64,000 nucleotides of DNA from the NCBI GenBank assembly GCA_032123355.1, contig JAQBFM010000105.1, positions 10,692 to 74,691 of the forward strand, in the 5' to 3' direction. Each line of letters begins with the position of its first letter. Position 1 is the first letter of the stretch. Origin of the DNA: Lentisphaerales bacterium (lineage in GTDB: Bacteria > Verrucomicrobiota > Kiritimatiellia > SPBP01). Below, piece after piece: positions 19,129-28,738 of this stretch. A model generated the notes under the pieces. That model did no database searches, had not been told where the DNA came from, and worked only from the letters and a program-made list of their open reading frames with translations. Made by a program: the position numbers and the translations under genes.

Positions 19129-20233
19129 AATATGGAGTGAGCACTGGAAGAATGTGTATGACGTGTTGTCGCCTCTGCGAGTGTTTCAGTACATAACCGT
19201 CAGGGCATTCTGTGGCGCGGGTACTGCATTTCTTCTTACGGTGTGCCTGGGACCGTGGGCTATACGGAAGCTGAGCGGCATGAATTACAGGCAGCACGTC
19301 CGAAAGGACGAGGCGCCGTCACTCGGCAACCTGCATGGTTACAAGGAAGGCACGCCGACAATGGGCGGGCTGCTCATTATCCTGTGCGTAGTTGTATCGA
19401 CGTTCCTATGGGCGATTCCAACAAATCAGTACGTGCTCCTGACAATTGCAACGATGTGCTACATGGGCGGCATAGGATTCATCGACGACCGGATGAAAGT
19501 CAGGCAACGCGGCACTCGCGGTTTGCGAGCGCGGAACAAGATCATCTTACAGCTCATATGGTGTGTGATCGTGATGGAGGCTCTGTTGCATATCGAGGGC
19601 GGGGCAGAGAACGTGAGGATGCTGATGGTTCCGTTTATGAAGGATCCGCTGATAGCACGCATGTCTATTCCAGCTGCCTTCGTGTTCCTGTCCCTGGTGA
19701 TGATCGGAGCCAGCAATGCGGTCAATCTGACAGATGGCCTTGACGGCCTGGCGATAGGATGCAGCAGTTCGGTTGCAATGTCCTACCTGGTGATGGCTTA
19801 CGTAGCAGGACACAGCGTTTTCGCCGGATACCTGATTGTTCCATACGTGGCGGGCAGCGGTGAGTTAGCAGTGTTCTGCGGTTGCCTCCTTGGGGCTTGC
19901 TTCGGCTTCCTGTGGTACAACTGCCATCCAGCGAAGGTGTTCATGGGCGATACGGGTAGCCTGTCCCTGGGGGGGGCCATTGCCATGGTGGCCATACTCG
20001 TGAAGCAGGAGTTGGTTCTTGTAATAGTTGGTGGCGTGTTCGTGATTGAGGCATTGAGCGTGATACTGCAGGTGATCAGCTTCAAAACTACCGGGAAACG
20101 CCTTTTTGCAATGGCACCTATTCATCATCATTTCGAGCTGCAGAAGTGGAGCGAGACCCAGGTCACCGTGCGGTTCTGGATTCTCTCCATGATTTGTGCA
20201 CTCCTGGGTGTGCTGACGCTGAAGATGAGGTAG
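19109..20233 (+). CDS. mraY: phospho-N-acetylmuramoyl-pentapeptide transferase
   Basis: Polytopic membrane protein with the MraY motifs (NAVNLTDGLDGLA, the conserved loop ending HHHFEL). Start at the internal ATG 19109 overlaps the murF end. Confidence 0.9.
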   Translation: MFYYLYEIWSEHWKNVYDVLSPLRVFQYITVRAFCGAGTAFLLTVCLGPWAIRKLSGMNYRQHVRKDEAPSLGNLHGYKEGTPTMGGLLIILCVVVSTFLWAIPTNQYVLLTIATMCYMGGIGFIDDRMKVRQRGTRGLRARNKIILQLIWCVIVMEALLHIEGGAENVRMLMVPFMKDPLIARMSIPAAFVFLSLVMIGASNAVNLTDGLDGLAIGCSSSVAMSYLVMAYVAGHSVFAGYLIVPYVAGSGELAVFCGCLLGACFGFLWYNCHPAKVFMGDTGSLSLGGAIAMVAILVKQELVLVIVGGVFVIEALSVILQVISFKTTGKRLFAMAPIHHHFELQKWSETQVTVRFWILSMICALLGVLTLKMR

Positions 20234-20236
20234 CTC

Positions 20237-21574
20237 ATGAGTTGCGATAGTGCATTGGTTCTCGGCTGCGGAGAAAGTGGCTCCGCCGCGGCGGAGCTTC
20301 TTCTCAGGGAGAACAGAAATGTCACCATCATTGATGGTGGATCCGAGCCGGCACTGAGTGAACGGGCATCACGTCTTGCGTCGATGGGTGCACGAGTGAT
20401 GACGGGAGCCACCGATCTGCCTGACGGCGAGTTCGATCTGTGTGTTGTTAGCCCGGGTATTCGCTCGGACAATGCATGGCTGAAGAAAGCGCGCGGCAGG
20501 ACCGGAAAGGTGATTTCGGAATTGGAACTTGGTTGGAGCCGATGCCGGTCGAGAACGCTCGCGGTGACGGGTTCGAACGGCAAGAGCACCGTCGTAAAGT
20601 TCTGTCGGGATGCGTTGCGCGCGGCCGGAGACGACGCAGTCATGTGTGGAAACTGCGGCCCGGCAATTTCCAGGATCTGTCTTGAGGATCGTGATCCGCA
20701 GTGGCTTGTGATTGAAGTGAGTTCATTTCAACTTGAAACGGTGGTTGATTTCCGACCCGACATCGGTGTGCTGTTGAACATACTGCCTAACCACCTGGAC
20801 CGACACGGTGGCATGGCGGACTACACACGGATAAAGATGCGTCTTTTCGGGGCTATGGATAGGGGCAATATAGGTCTACTACCGGCGGACCCGGCGGAAT
20901 TGCGGGGTATGGCCGGTTCGCAGGGCATTGAGTGGCTGACATTTGGACGTGGCAAAGGAGCGGATTATGTGTTCAACGACGGTGAAGTCTCGTGGGACGG
21001 CGAAGGCGGCAAGGTATCACTCAGGAACACAGTTTTCGACAACGCAGTGCTCGGAGTCAATGCGGCAGCAGCAATCGGCGCTCTATGCGCGGCGGGCGTG
21101 CAGCCCGCGACGATTGCATCCGCTGCGTCATCTTTTGAGCCGCTCGAACATAGGATGTCGGACATCGGCATGGTTGGAGGAGTCAGGTTCATCGACGATT
21201 CAAAGGCGACCAATATCGCCGCGCTTTGTGCCGCCGTGAGGACGGCGTCGGGTCAGGTGCGACTGATAGCTGGCGGCATGCTGAAGGAGAAGGATGCCAC
21301 GTCGGCAAAAGAAGTGCTGGCAACGAAGGCTCTTAAGGTCTATCTTATTGGGCGTGATGCGGAGGCGTTGAAGCGGCAGTGGGATGGGTCGGTGCCCTGC
21401 AAAATATGCGTCGACCTGCGCAACGCAACTGAAAGCGCCTGGCGCGAGGGTGGGCAAGGTGAAACGGTGCTGCTCTCACCGGGTTGTGCGAGCTTCGACC
21501 AGTTTAGAAACTTTGAGGATCGCGGAGTCAGTTTTCGAAACATCGTAAATTCGTTACGGAGGAATCAGCAGTGA
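20237..21574 (+). CDS. murD: UDP-N-acetylmuramoylalanine--D-glutamate ligase
   Basis: 'VTGSNGKSTV' P-loop; MurD-type N-terminal Rossmann domain. Confidence 0.9.
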   Translation: MSCDSALVLGCGESGSAAAELLLRENRNVTIIDGGSEPALSERASRLASMGARVMTGATDLPDGEFDLCVVSPGIRSDNAWLKKARGRTGKVISELELGWSRCRSRTLAVTGSNGKSTVVKFCRDALRAAGDDAVMCGNCGPAISRICLEDRDPQWLVIEVSSFQLETVVDFRPDIGVLLNILPNHLDRHGGMADYTRIKMRLFGAMDRGNIGLLPADPAELRGMAGSQGIEWLTFGRGKGADYVFNDGEVSWDGEGGKVSLRNTVFDNAVLGVNAAAAIGALCAAGVQPATIASAASSFEPLEHRMSDIGMVGGVRFIDDSKATNIAALCAAVRTASGQVRLIAGGMLKEKDATSAKEVLATKALKVYLIGRDAEALKRQWDGSVPCKICVDLRNATESAWREGGQGETVLLSPGCASFDQFRNFEDRGVSFRNIVNSLRRNQQ

Positions 21575-22443
21575 AAATACGGACAACAGGAGTAGTCGGG
21601 ATAATCGTGGTGCTTCACTTTGTAATAGTCGGATCGGTTGCGATGCAGGGCTGCGGCAGAACGGTTGCTCCCGTTGCTGCTGAACGAATTGGCACGGGCT
21701 CAATGCCGCCGGCTGAGCCGCAGTTAACGCCACCGGTCTTCAGGCCGTCTGCCGTTCGGCCGGTTGACAGAATGATTGTCGCGTCCGACCTGAAGACGTA
21801 CACGGTCAAGAGGGGTGACTGCCTCTCCAGGATTGCGAGCAGGCATGGGATCAAGGTGAAAGAAATCCTGGAGCTGAACTCGTTGAGGGATAAGAATGTG
21901 GTCTTCATTGGTCAGACATTGAATCTGCCGGCACATGCGCAAGTGCGTGCGCCGGATCGGTCCGCTCCTCGTGCTCCTGCACCTGCGCCGACTATTACGT
22001 CTGCTCAGGAGTCCGGAAAATACGTGGTTCAATCGGGCGACTGTCTGTCCAAGATTGCGGCGAAATACAGAACGACGACCAAAGAGCTTATGGCGATGAA
22101 CGGGCTGAGCCGCGACCTTATAAGAGTTGGTCAGAAACTCACTGTGCCGAATGGCTCAGAGAGTTCCGGTGGTCTTCCGGCGCCAGTCGGTGTCGGGGAG
22201 ATGCAGAAGAAGCCTGACTTTGGCCTTGAGGATACGTTCGATGACGATGTGGTAGATGACGGATCAACGTTCAGTGATCAGGATGACGAGCTCTTCATTC
22301 TCCATACGGTTGAAATCGGCGAGGATATTGAGGAAGTCGCCAGCAAGTTCGGGGTCTCAGCCGACCGACTTATGTCCATCAACGGGATGAGCAGTCGTAA
22401 GCTCAAGCCGGGCATGGACTTGAAGATTCCACAGGGCAACTGA
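21571..22443 (+). CDS. exported protein (possible lipoprotein) with three LysM domains, embedded in the dcw cluster
   Basis: Signal peptide ending ...VAMQGCG. Three LysM repeats (YTVKRGDCLSRIASRHG..; YVVQSGDCLSKIAAKY..; HTVEIGEDIEEVASKFG..). Confidence 0.8.
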   Translation: MKIRTTGVVGIIVVLHFVIVGSVAMQGCGRTVAPVAAERIGTGSMPPAEPQLTPPVFRPSAVRPVDRMIVASDLKTYTVKRGDCLSRIASRHGIKVKEILELNSLRDKNVVFIGQTLNLPAHAQVRAPDRSAPRAPAPAPTITSAQESGKYVVQSGDCLSKIAAKYRTTTKELMAMNGLSRDLIRVGQKLTVPNGSESSGGLPAPVGVGEMQKKPDFGLEDTFDDDVVDDGSTFSDQDDELFILHTVEIGEDIEEVASKFGVSADRLMSINGMSSRKLKPGMDLKIPQGN

Positions 22444-22577
22444 ATGGCTTGATTCGGGCCTATGGAGCGCGGTGTGGTTCATGGTCGAGGATTACCCGCC
22501 TGCATGATTGTAACACAACGGGTTGGGTGGGCGGGGCAGGCAGCTGATTCGTTTCGCGGCAAGTTTGTGATAGGCCA

Positions 22578-23720
22578 ATGTGGAAGATCCAGAGCATCCT
22601 TATCGCCATAGTGCTTGCGTTGCTTGCTCTCGGGATTGTGATGCTGGCGAGCACGAGCAGCGTCAAGGGCGATTCGAAGCACGATGATCCTCAGTACTAC
22701 GTCAACCGACAGATAGTGTGGCTGGGCGTGGCACTGGTAGCAGGACTGCTTTCGGCATTTGTAATCGATTACCACTGGTGGCGGAAAGCGGCGATACCGC
22801 TGTCGCTGTTTTCGATCATTCTTCTTGCGCTGGTGTTCGTCCCTCATGTTGGGCTGAAAGTTAGCGGTGCGTCGCGTTGGATCCGACTCGGCTCGTTCAG
22901 GATCGGGCAACCGTCTGAGCTGGCCAAGCTGGCATCCGTGGTGATGCTGGCAAGCTGGATGACGCACGCGGGTTCTCGTGCAAGCCGTCTAATGGAGGGC
23001 CTGATATATCCTCTTTCCGGATTGGGAGTCATTCTGGTTCTCGTCATGCTCGAGCCGGATTTCGGTACAACGCTATTGATTGGACTCGTCGGGATGGGAG
23101 TGATGTTTGTCGGCGGCAGCCGCATATCGCATCTTGTTGTTGCCGGAACACTGGGTGTAGCTGCTTTCACTTTACGCCTTATGCAAAACGCTGAACGGAT
23201 GCGGCGCATCGTGGCGTTCATAACGCCCGAAGCATTCCCGGAAGACGCCTATCATCTCCGGCAGTCTCTGAACGCGTTTATTCTTGGTGGAAAGTGGGGA
23301 GTCGGGCTGGATAACAGCCTGCAGAAGCATTTCTACCTGCCCGAGGCACACACTGATTTCATTCTTGCCATCATAGGCGAAGAGCTTGGTGTTGTGGCAA
23401 CAGTGCTGGTTGTCGGGCTGTTCGTCGGGCTGATGGTTTGTGGCATGATCATCAGTCTCAGATCCAACGATATGTTTGGCCGTCTTCTGGGGTTCGGTGT
23501 GTCGATCTCGATCGGGCTGCAGGCGGCAATCAATGTTGGTGTTGTGACCGGCTGCCTTCCGACGAAGGGGTTGCCGCTGCCGTTCATCAGTGCTGGGGGA
23601 TCCAGCCTCGTAATCTCACTGGTCAGCGTGGGTATACTGATGAATATTGCGAGACATATATCCGGGGAAGTCACCGACAAGCATTCGCGTGCGATCAAGG
23701 ACATGACCCACTGGGCATGA
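22578..23720 (+). CDS. ftsW: peptidoglycan glycosyltransferase FtsW (SEDS family)
   Basis: 10-TM SEDS protein with conserved motifs (LGSFRIGQPSELAKLA; PEAHTDFILAIIGEELG). Confidence 0.9.
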   Translation: MWKIQSILIAIVLALLALGIVMLASTSSVKGDSKHDDPQYYVNRQIVWLGVALVAGLLSAFVIDYHWWRKAAIPLSLFSIILLALVFVPHVGLKVSGASRWIRLGSFRIGQPSELAKLASVVMLASWMTHAGSRASRLMEGLIYPLSGLGVILVLVMLEPDFGTTLLIGLVGMGVMFVGGSRISHLVVAGTLGVAAFTLRLMQNAERMRRIVAFITPEAFPEDAYHLRQSLNAFILGGKWGVGLDNSLQKHFYLPEAHTDFILAIIGEELGVVATVLVVGLFVGLMVCGMIISLRSNDMFGRLLGFGVSISIGLQAAINVGVVTGCLPTKGLPLPFISAGGSSLVISLVSVGILMNIARHISGEVTDKHSRAIKDMTHWA

Positions 23721-23722
23721 TA

Positions 23723-25000
23723 CTATTGCTGTCTCGTGGCGGCCGGTTGATCAAGCATGTGAAAGATGTCGCTTGAACTGGAGGCAGGCAGCGCACCGCG
23801 TTGGATCATCAGATTGATCCGGTCCTCGGCTTCACGCGACGGAGTGTGATCACGTTCTTCGAGAGAGCAGGTGGCAATGATCACACGGTGCCCACGTTCC
23901 AGGGCGCGTTCTGCAATCTCGAGGTTGTTGACATTTCCCGGCCCGAAATGAACATCTGACACAACGACAGTTTCAGCTGCCGCGGAGAGTTCCAGGCCAC
24001 GGTCGAGCGATGCTCCGGAGATCGGGGAGAACGGTTTTTCGACAGCTGCTCGAATTCCGAGGGCCGCGGCCGCCTGGGTATCAGAATCTCCCTCGTTCAG
24101 CACTCCGATGGTCACGGAGTATCCGCGGAAGTACACGTGTCTGAGCAGGCCGCGCGCGCTGCCGCCCCCGCCCACTATATGGATTGGCGTACCGGGCGAG
24201 CCAGATTCTGAAGAGAGCCGACGAGCCGGGAAGATGGTGATTGCGTCGGTTGACGGGTTCCGTTCTACGCGTACATCACAGGAGTACACCTTCTTGAGCA
24301 GAAGCGGAGTCAGTACGTCGGCCGGCGTGCCGTCGGCAGCCAGAGCCCCATGATCGAGCAGAAGTAGACGGGCGCAGAACTCGGCTGCGATATTTAGGTC
24401 GTGACTGGACAGTAGGACGGTAACGTTCTGTTCTCTATTGAGTCGTTGGACGATCTCCATTATCTCGAGCCGGTGCTTCATGTCCAGGTGGGAGGTTACT
24501 TCGTCGAGCAGGATTATAGATGGGCTCTGTGCAAGGGTCATTGCCATTACTGCCCGCTGTTTCTCTCCGCCACTAAGCTCTAGCACGTTTCGATGGCGCA
24601 ATTCTATCATGTCGGTGTACAGCAGGGCCCGTTCAACATGGTTGAGATCCTCGTTCGAGGGTGGCGCAAATCGTCCGAGAAAGGCAGTGCGTCCGATCAT
24701 GGCAAGCTCCTCGACCGTGAATGCGACAGGCAGTTCGAGTTCCTGCGGAACGGTTGCGAGCATTCTGGAACGCTGCGCTGCGGGAATGGTCATCACATCC
24801 GTGCCTCCAACCAGGATCCGGCCGCCGGCGGGACGCAGCAGGCCGGCAAGGGCGCGGAGCAAGGTGGTCTTTCCGGAGCCGTTCGGGCCAATCAGTCCGA
24901 CCGTCTCGCCTTTGTTAATGGAAAAGGAGACGTCGCTCAGGATCGAAGCATCTTTGCGGTAGCCCACTGACACATGTTCAAATTCTATGACCGGTTTCAT
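23723..25000 (-). CDS. FepC/BtuD-type ABC transporter ATP-binding protein with an uncharacterised C-terminal domain of about 170 aa
   Basis: Walker A GPNGSGKTT, signature LSGGEKQR, Walker B ILLDEVTSHLD. About 170 extra C-terminal residues (IHIVGGGGSARG ... VVVSDVHFGPGN ... RVIIA). Start at M14 gives an ATGA overlap with the permease stop. Confidence 0.85.
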   Translation of the reverse strand: MKPVIEFEHVSVGYRKDASILSDVSFSINKGETVGLIGPNGSGKTTLLRALAGLLRPAGGRILVGGTDVMTIPAAQRSRMLATVPQELELPVAFTVEELAMIGRTAFLGRFAPPSNEDLNHVERALLYTDMIELRHRNVLELSGGEKQRAVMAMTLAQSPSIILLDEVTSHLDMKHRLEIMEIVQRLNREQNVTVLLSSHDLNIAAEFCARLLLLDHGALAADGTPADVLTPLLLKKVYSCDVRVERNPSTDAITIFPARRLSSESGSPGTPIHIVGGGGSARGLLRHVYFRGYSVTIGVLNEGDSDTQAAAALGIRAAVEKPFSPISGASLDRGLELSAAAETVVVSDVHFGPGNVNNLEIAERALERGHRVIIATCSLEERDHTPSREAEDRINLMIQRGALPASSSSDIFHMLDQPAATRQQ

Positions 25001-25959
25001 TCGATCCATCCGGACCTCCTTCGTGCTCGGAGAATCCACAGAAAGAAGGGACCGCCAAGCACGGCGGTAATGACGCCGATTGGGAGCTCGCGGCCATCGA
25101 GCACCGTACGTGCGGCGGCGTCACAGACCGCTAGAAAGACACCGCCTACGATGGCGGCGCAAGGAAGGAGTCTCCTGTGCGAGGCCCCGACGAGCGATCT
25201 GACTGCATGCGGAACGATGAGTCCCACGAAGCCGATTAGTCCCGCAAGGCTGACGGAGGTGGCGGCGAGCAGGGTGGCAAGGCCGAGTGCTACCGCAACG
25301 GTTACGGACGTGCGCACGCCCACGTAGTGGGCCGTTTCACGGCCAAGCGTGAGTGCGTCGAGTTCCCGGGCCAGCATCAATGATCCGGCAATGCCGACTG
25401 CAATGACAACAGCACACACGGTGAGCAGTTCATAGGACGACACCTGAAGACTGCCAAGCATCCACCAGATGATTGTGCGAAGTCCTTCGGCAGAGGACGT
25501 CGACACCAGAAACATGAGGATGCTGGAACAGATCGAGCCTATGATCACGCCGCTGAGTATGAGTGAATAGACTGAGGCGTGGCCGTTCCTCTCCGCAATG
25601 ACAAATACGAGCACCAGCGTCAACGTCGCGAATACAAACGCAGAGGCCGGCAGTATCAGGATGCCGGTAGATGCCAGGCCAGAGAGCACTGCTATCGCTG
25701 CACCAAGACCGGCACCGCTGCTTACGCCGAGAACGTAGGGCTCCGCGAGGGGATTGCGGAGAATCGCCTGCATGGTAACGCCTGCGCACGACAGTGCGGC
25801 TCCCACGACAAAGCCTGCCAATACTCGAGCAAGGCGCAGGTTCCTCAGGTCCGGGTTGGTGGGTATTCCGAACCCCGAAGCCCCGAAGAGCAGGCAGCCA
25901 GCCAGGAGGAGAAACCCCAGAAGAAGGAGCGCCAGAATGGCTGGGGGCTTCAGCTTCAT
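24997..25959 (-). CDS. FecCD-family (BtuC/FepD-like) ABC transporter permease
   Basis: About 9 TM helices with typical FecCD-family sequence. Its start overlaps the binding-protein stop by 4 nt. Confidence 0.85.
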   Translation of the reverse strand: MKLKPPAILALLLLGFLLLAGCLLFGASGFGIPTNPDLRNLRLARVLAGFVVGAALSCAGVTMQAILRNPLAEPYVLGVSSGAGLGAAIAVLSGLASTGILILPASAFVFATLTLVLVFVIAERNGHASVYSLILSGVIIGSICSSILMFLVSTSSAEGLRTIIWWMLGSLQVSSYELLTVCAVVIAVGIAGSLMLARELDALTLGRETAHYVGVRTSVTVAVALGLATLLAATSVSLAGLIGFVGLIVPHAVRSLVGASHRRLLPCAAIVGGVFLAVCDAAARTVLDGRELPIGVITAVLGGPFFLWILRARRRSGWIE

Positions 25960-26912
25960 GGAATCAGCTCCGAACTCTCAGTTTCGGACGGTGATAGGCC
26001 TTTGACGGAGGGTAAGATTCTATCCCGAAGGGACTGGACCCCTTCGAGAACACGTGGGCCAGGTCGAAGCAGGGCATCCACATTCAGGTCGTCGTAGATT
26101 CTGCCGGATTTCACCGCAGGTACGGCTTTCCACCCGGGACGAGTGCGGTATTGGGCGGCAAGATTTTCGGCGTGGCCCGGGGAGAGCCGGAGAATAACGT
26201 CCGGCTCCGCCGAGATGACCCATTCGGGGGAGATGACGAAATAGCCTGCGCCGGCAATATCAGCAATGTTAGTGCCCCCGGCCAGAGAGACGAGCTCAGA
26301 AACAAACGATCCCCGACCTGCTGTTGTCAGTGGGTCAGCCCATATCTCTACAAAGACCGTGGGGCGATCTACCGTATCGTGGGTCACCGATTGCATCGCG
26401 GAAATCCTGTCTGAGATATGTTTCGCTACATTTTCCGCTTCCGCTTGACGGTTTACCAGGCGACCAACTGTCCGTATTGCTTCCGGCACATCGTGCAGGG
26501 TTTTGCACGGGACTATCTCAAGGTGGATTCCCGCCTCCTCGATTCGTCGTCTTAACCCCTTGTCGGCCATATCGACTTCGAGCACCAGGTCGGGCTCCAC
26601 ACTGAGCAGTAATTCAAGCGAGGGATTTCCGAATCCACCCACTACCGGAACAGTCGTGGCAATCTCCGGAGGAAAATCGCAGGCCGAGCTTCTGCCAACC
26701 AGATTATCGGATGCACCCAGGGCGCAGAGTATTTCAGTCAGATTCGGCGCAAGACTGACCACCCTCGGACGGGCGGTGTGTTTCAGCGGGACTGGTCTGT
26801 TCCCGCAACCGGCTTGAAAGTGAAGCGAGACAATAAGCAAGACCACGAGTTGTACGGACACTTTCACGCAACGGAATATACCGTCGACCATCACTCGATT
26901 GCGAGCACACAT
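25956..26912 (-). CDS. periplasmic substrate-binding protein for an iron-siderophore/cobalamin-type ABC transporter (BtuF/FepB-like)
   Basis: N-terminal signal peptide, '[20 protein letters not shown]' class III SBP motif. First gene of the minus-strand operon. Confidence 0.75.
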   Translation of the reverse strand: MCARNRVMVDGIFRCVKVSVQLVVLLIVSLHFQAGCGNRPVPLKHTARPRVVSLAPNLTEILCALGASDNLVGRSSACDFPPEIATTVPVVGGFGNPSLELLLSVEPDLVLEVDMADKGLRRRIEEAGIHLEIVPCKTLHDVPEAIRTVGRLVNRQAEAENVAKHISDRISAMQSVTHDTVDRPTVFVEIWADPLTTAGRGSFVSELVSLAGGTNIADIAGAGYFVISPEWVISAEPDVILRLSPGHAENLAAQYRTRPGWKAVPAVKSGRIYDDLNVDALLRPGPRVLEGVQSLRDRILPSVKGLSPSETESSELIP

Positions 26913-27052
26913 TTGGAAGATGCCGGGACGAAAGGATCGCGACCGGTTCCGACGTGTCCGGTTTGGCCGACAGTCTTTATGCTTGTGTGTTGATACCCCA
27001 TCAACAAGAATGGAAGCTCTATCGACTTCGTATGCTAGAGGGTTGCAGGATC

Positions 27053-28681
27053 ATGAAAACGATCGACACCAACTACCTGATTGTCGGAAGTGGCATAGCC
27101 GGTCTCATGTCGGCCATACACCTCTGCACTCGGGGCCGCGTTCTCCTGGTGACAAAGAAGGATCGGGCAGACAGCAACACGAACTATGCGCAGGGAGGCA
27201 TTGCCTGCGTGGTGAGTTCTGAGGATTCGTTCGAGGAGCACATTAAGGATACGATGGGTGCCGGTGCTGGATTATGCAAAGAAGATGTGGTGCGTTCCAT
27301 TGTCAGCGCGGGTCCTGAGCGAATCAAGCACATGGAAGGATTGGGCATTCGGTTTGAGGAGACTGAGGGGTCGGTGGTTTCGGGTTATGACCTGGGCAAG
27401 GAAGGAGGCCATTCAAAGAGGCGGGTACTGCATTCCGGTGACATGACGGGCAAAGAGATTGAAAGAGTGCTTCTTGCGCGCGTGATGGCAGAGCCAAACG
27501 TTCAGCTCATAGAGCATTGCATGATGATAGATCTCGTATGCACATCGCGGCTTGGTGCAACGTCTGAGAACAGGTGCATCGGGGCGTACTTCCTCAACGG
27601 GCGGTCGAACGAGATCTTCGCTGTCCGCGCACCTGCAACGATCCTGGCGACTGGCGGCGGGGGCAAAGTCTACCTCTACACCAGCAACCCGGACATAGCC
27701 ACAGCTGATGGCATAGCGGCAGCCTGGCGGGCAGGCGCCCGGATCGCGAACATGGAGTTCATACAGTTTCATCCAACTTGCTTTTATCACCGGGATGCAA
27801 AATCGTTCCTCATCAGCGAAGCGGTAAGGGGAGAAGGAGGGATGATCGTAGACGCTGACGGTCATCGCTTTGTTGACGACTACGATTCTCGTGGCTCCCT
27901 TGCCCCTCGCGATATTGTCGCCAGAGCCATCGATGACGAAATGAAGCGCAGCGGCATGCCATGTGTATACCTGGACATCAGGGACAAGGGACGCGACTTT
28001 CTGCTGAGGCGTTTCCCGAACATCTTCAGCACCTGCTTGTCGCTCGGGGTCGACATGGCTAAGGATCTGATACCTGTTGTGCCGGCGGCGCACTATTTCT
28101 GCGGTGGTGTCCAGGCGGGTATTGACGGCAAGACGTCGCTGCCGGGCCTCTACGCGTGCGGCGAGGTAGCATGCACTGGTCTGCATGGCGCCAACAGGCT
28201 TGCAAGTAACTCACTATTGGAGGCCCTCGTCTGCTCGGACGTGATGGCCCGCAAGATGTGCGAGGACGATGCCGATAAATGCGTTGTTGAAGTCGGCATT
28301 CCCGAGTGGGAAATCGGGGATGCGGCGTCGAGTGACGAACAGGTGGTTGTCGAACACAGTTGGAACGAGGTCCGCACCTGCATGTGGGACTACGTTGGCA
28401 TTGTCCGTACTAACAAGCGACTGGAACGGGCATTTAGACGGATTCACAATATGGTTGAGGAGGTGCGGGAGTACTACTGGGAGTACCTTGTAACGCCTGA
28501 CATACTGGAACTCAGAAACATTGCGCAAACCGGTGAATTGATCATAATGTCTGCACAGCGGCGTAGGGAAAGTCGAGGTCTGCATTGCAATCTGGACTAT
28601 CCTGATATGGACGTTGCACTGAACGGAGTCGACACAGTGCTTGAAAGGGCTGTGAGTTCAGACGTCGCACGCCAGGGCTGA
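27053..28681 (+). CDS. nadB: L-aspartate oxidase
   Basis: FAD motif 'YLIVGSGIAGL' and the L-aspartate oxidase / fumarate reductase flavoprotein fold (HYxCGG, RLASNSLLE). ATG 27053 preferred over 26954. Confidence 0.85.
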   Translation: MKTIDTNYLIVGSGIAGLMSAIHLCTRGRVLLVTKKDRADSNTNYAQGGIACVVSSEDSFEEHIKDTMGAGAGLCKEDVVRSIVSAGPERIKHMEGLGIRFEETEGSVVSGYDLGKEGGHSKRRVLHSGDMTGKEIERVLLARVMAEPNVQLIEHCMMIDLVCTSRLGATSENRCIGAYFLNGRSNEIFAVRAPATILATGGGGKVYLYTSNPDIATADGIAAAWRAGARIANMEFIQFHPTCFYHRDAKSFLISEAVRGEGGMIVDADGHRFVDDYDSRGSLAPRDIVARAIDDEMKRSGMPCVYLDIRDKGRDFLLRRFPNIFSTCLSLGVDMAKDLIPVVPAAHYFCGGVQAGIDGKTSLPGLYACGEVACTGLHGANRLASNSLLEALVCSDVMARKMCEDDADKCVVEVGIPEWEIGDAASSDEQVVVEHSWNEVRTCMWDYVGIVRTNKRLERAFRRIHNMVEEVREYYWEYLVTPDILELRNIAQTGELIIMSAQRRRESRGLHCNLDYPDMDVALNGVDTVLERAVSSDVARQG

Positions 28682-28738
28682 CACATGCGGTCGGTCGCAG
28701 CGGGCATCGCTGGTTATGGCTAGGCAGAGAGAGGAAGG

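Noticed and set aside
26913-27052. Looked for a cobalamin riboswitch (B12 box) or Fur box in the 140-bp divergent region upstream of the BtuF-like transporter operon
   Set aside because: The region is too short for a B12 riboswitch, and no GCCACTG-type B12 box or clear Fur-box palindrome is visible. The transporter substrate (iron chelate versus corrinoid) remains open.
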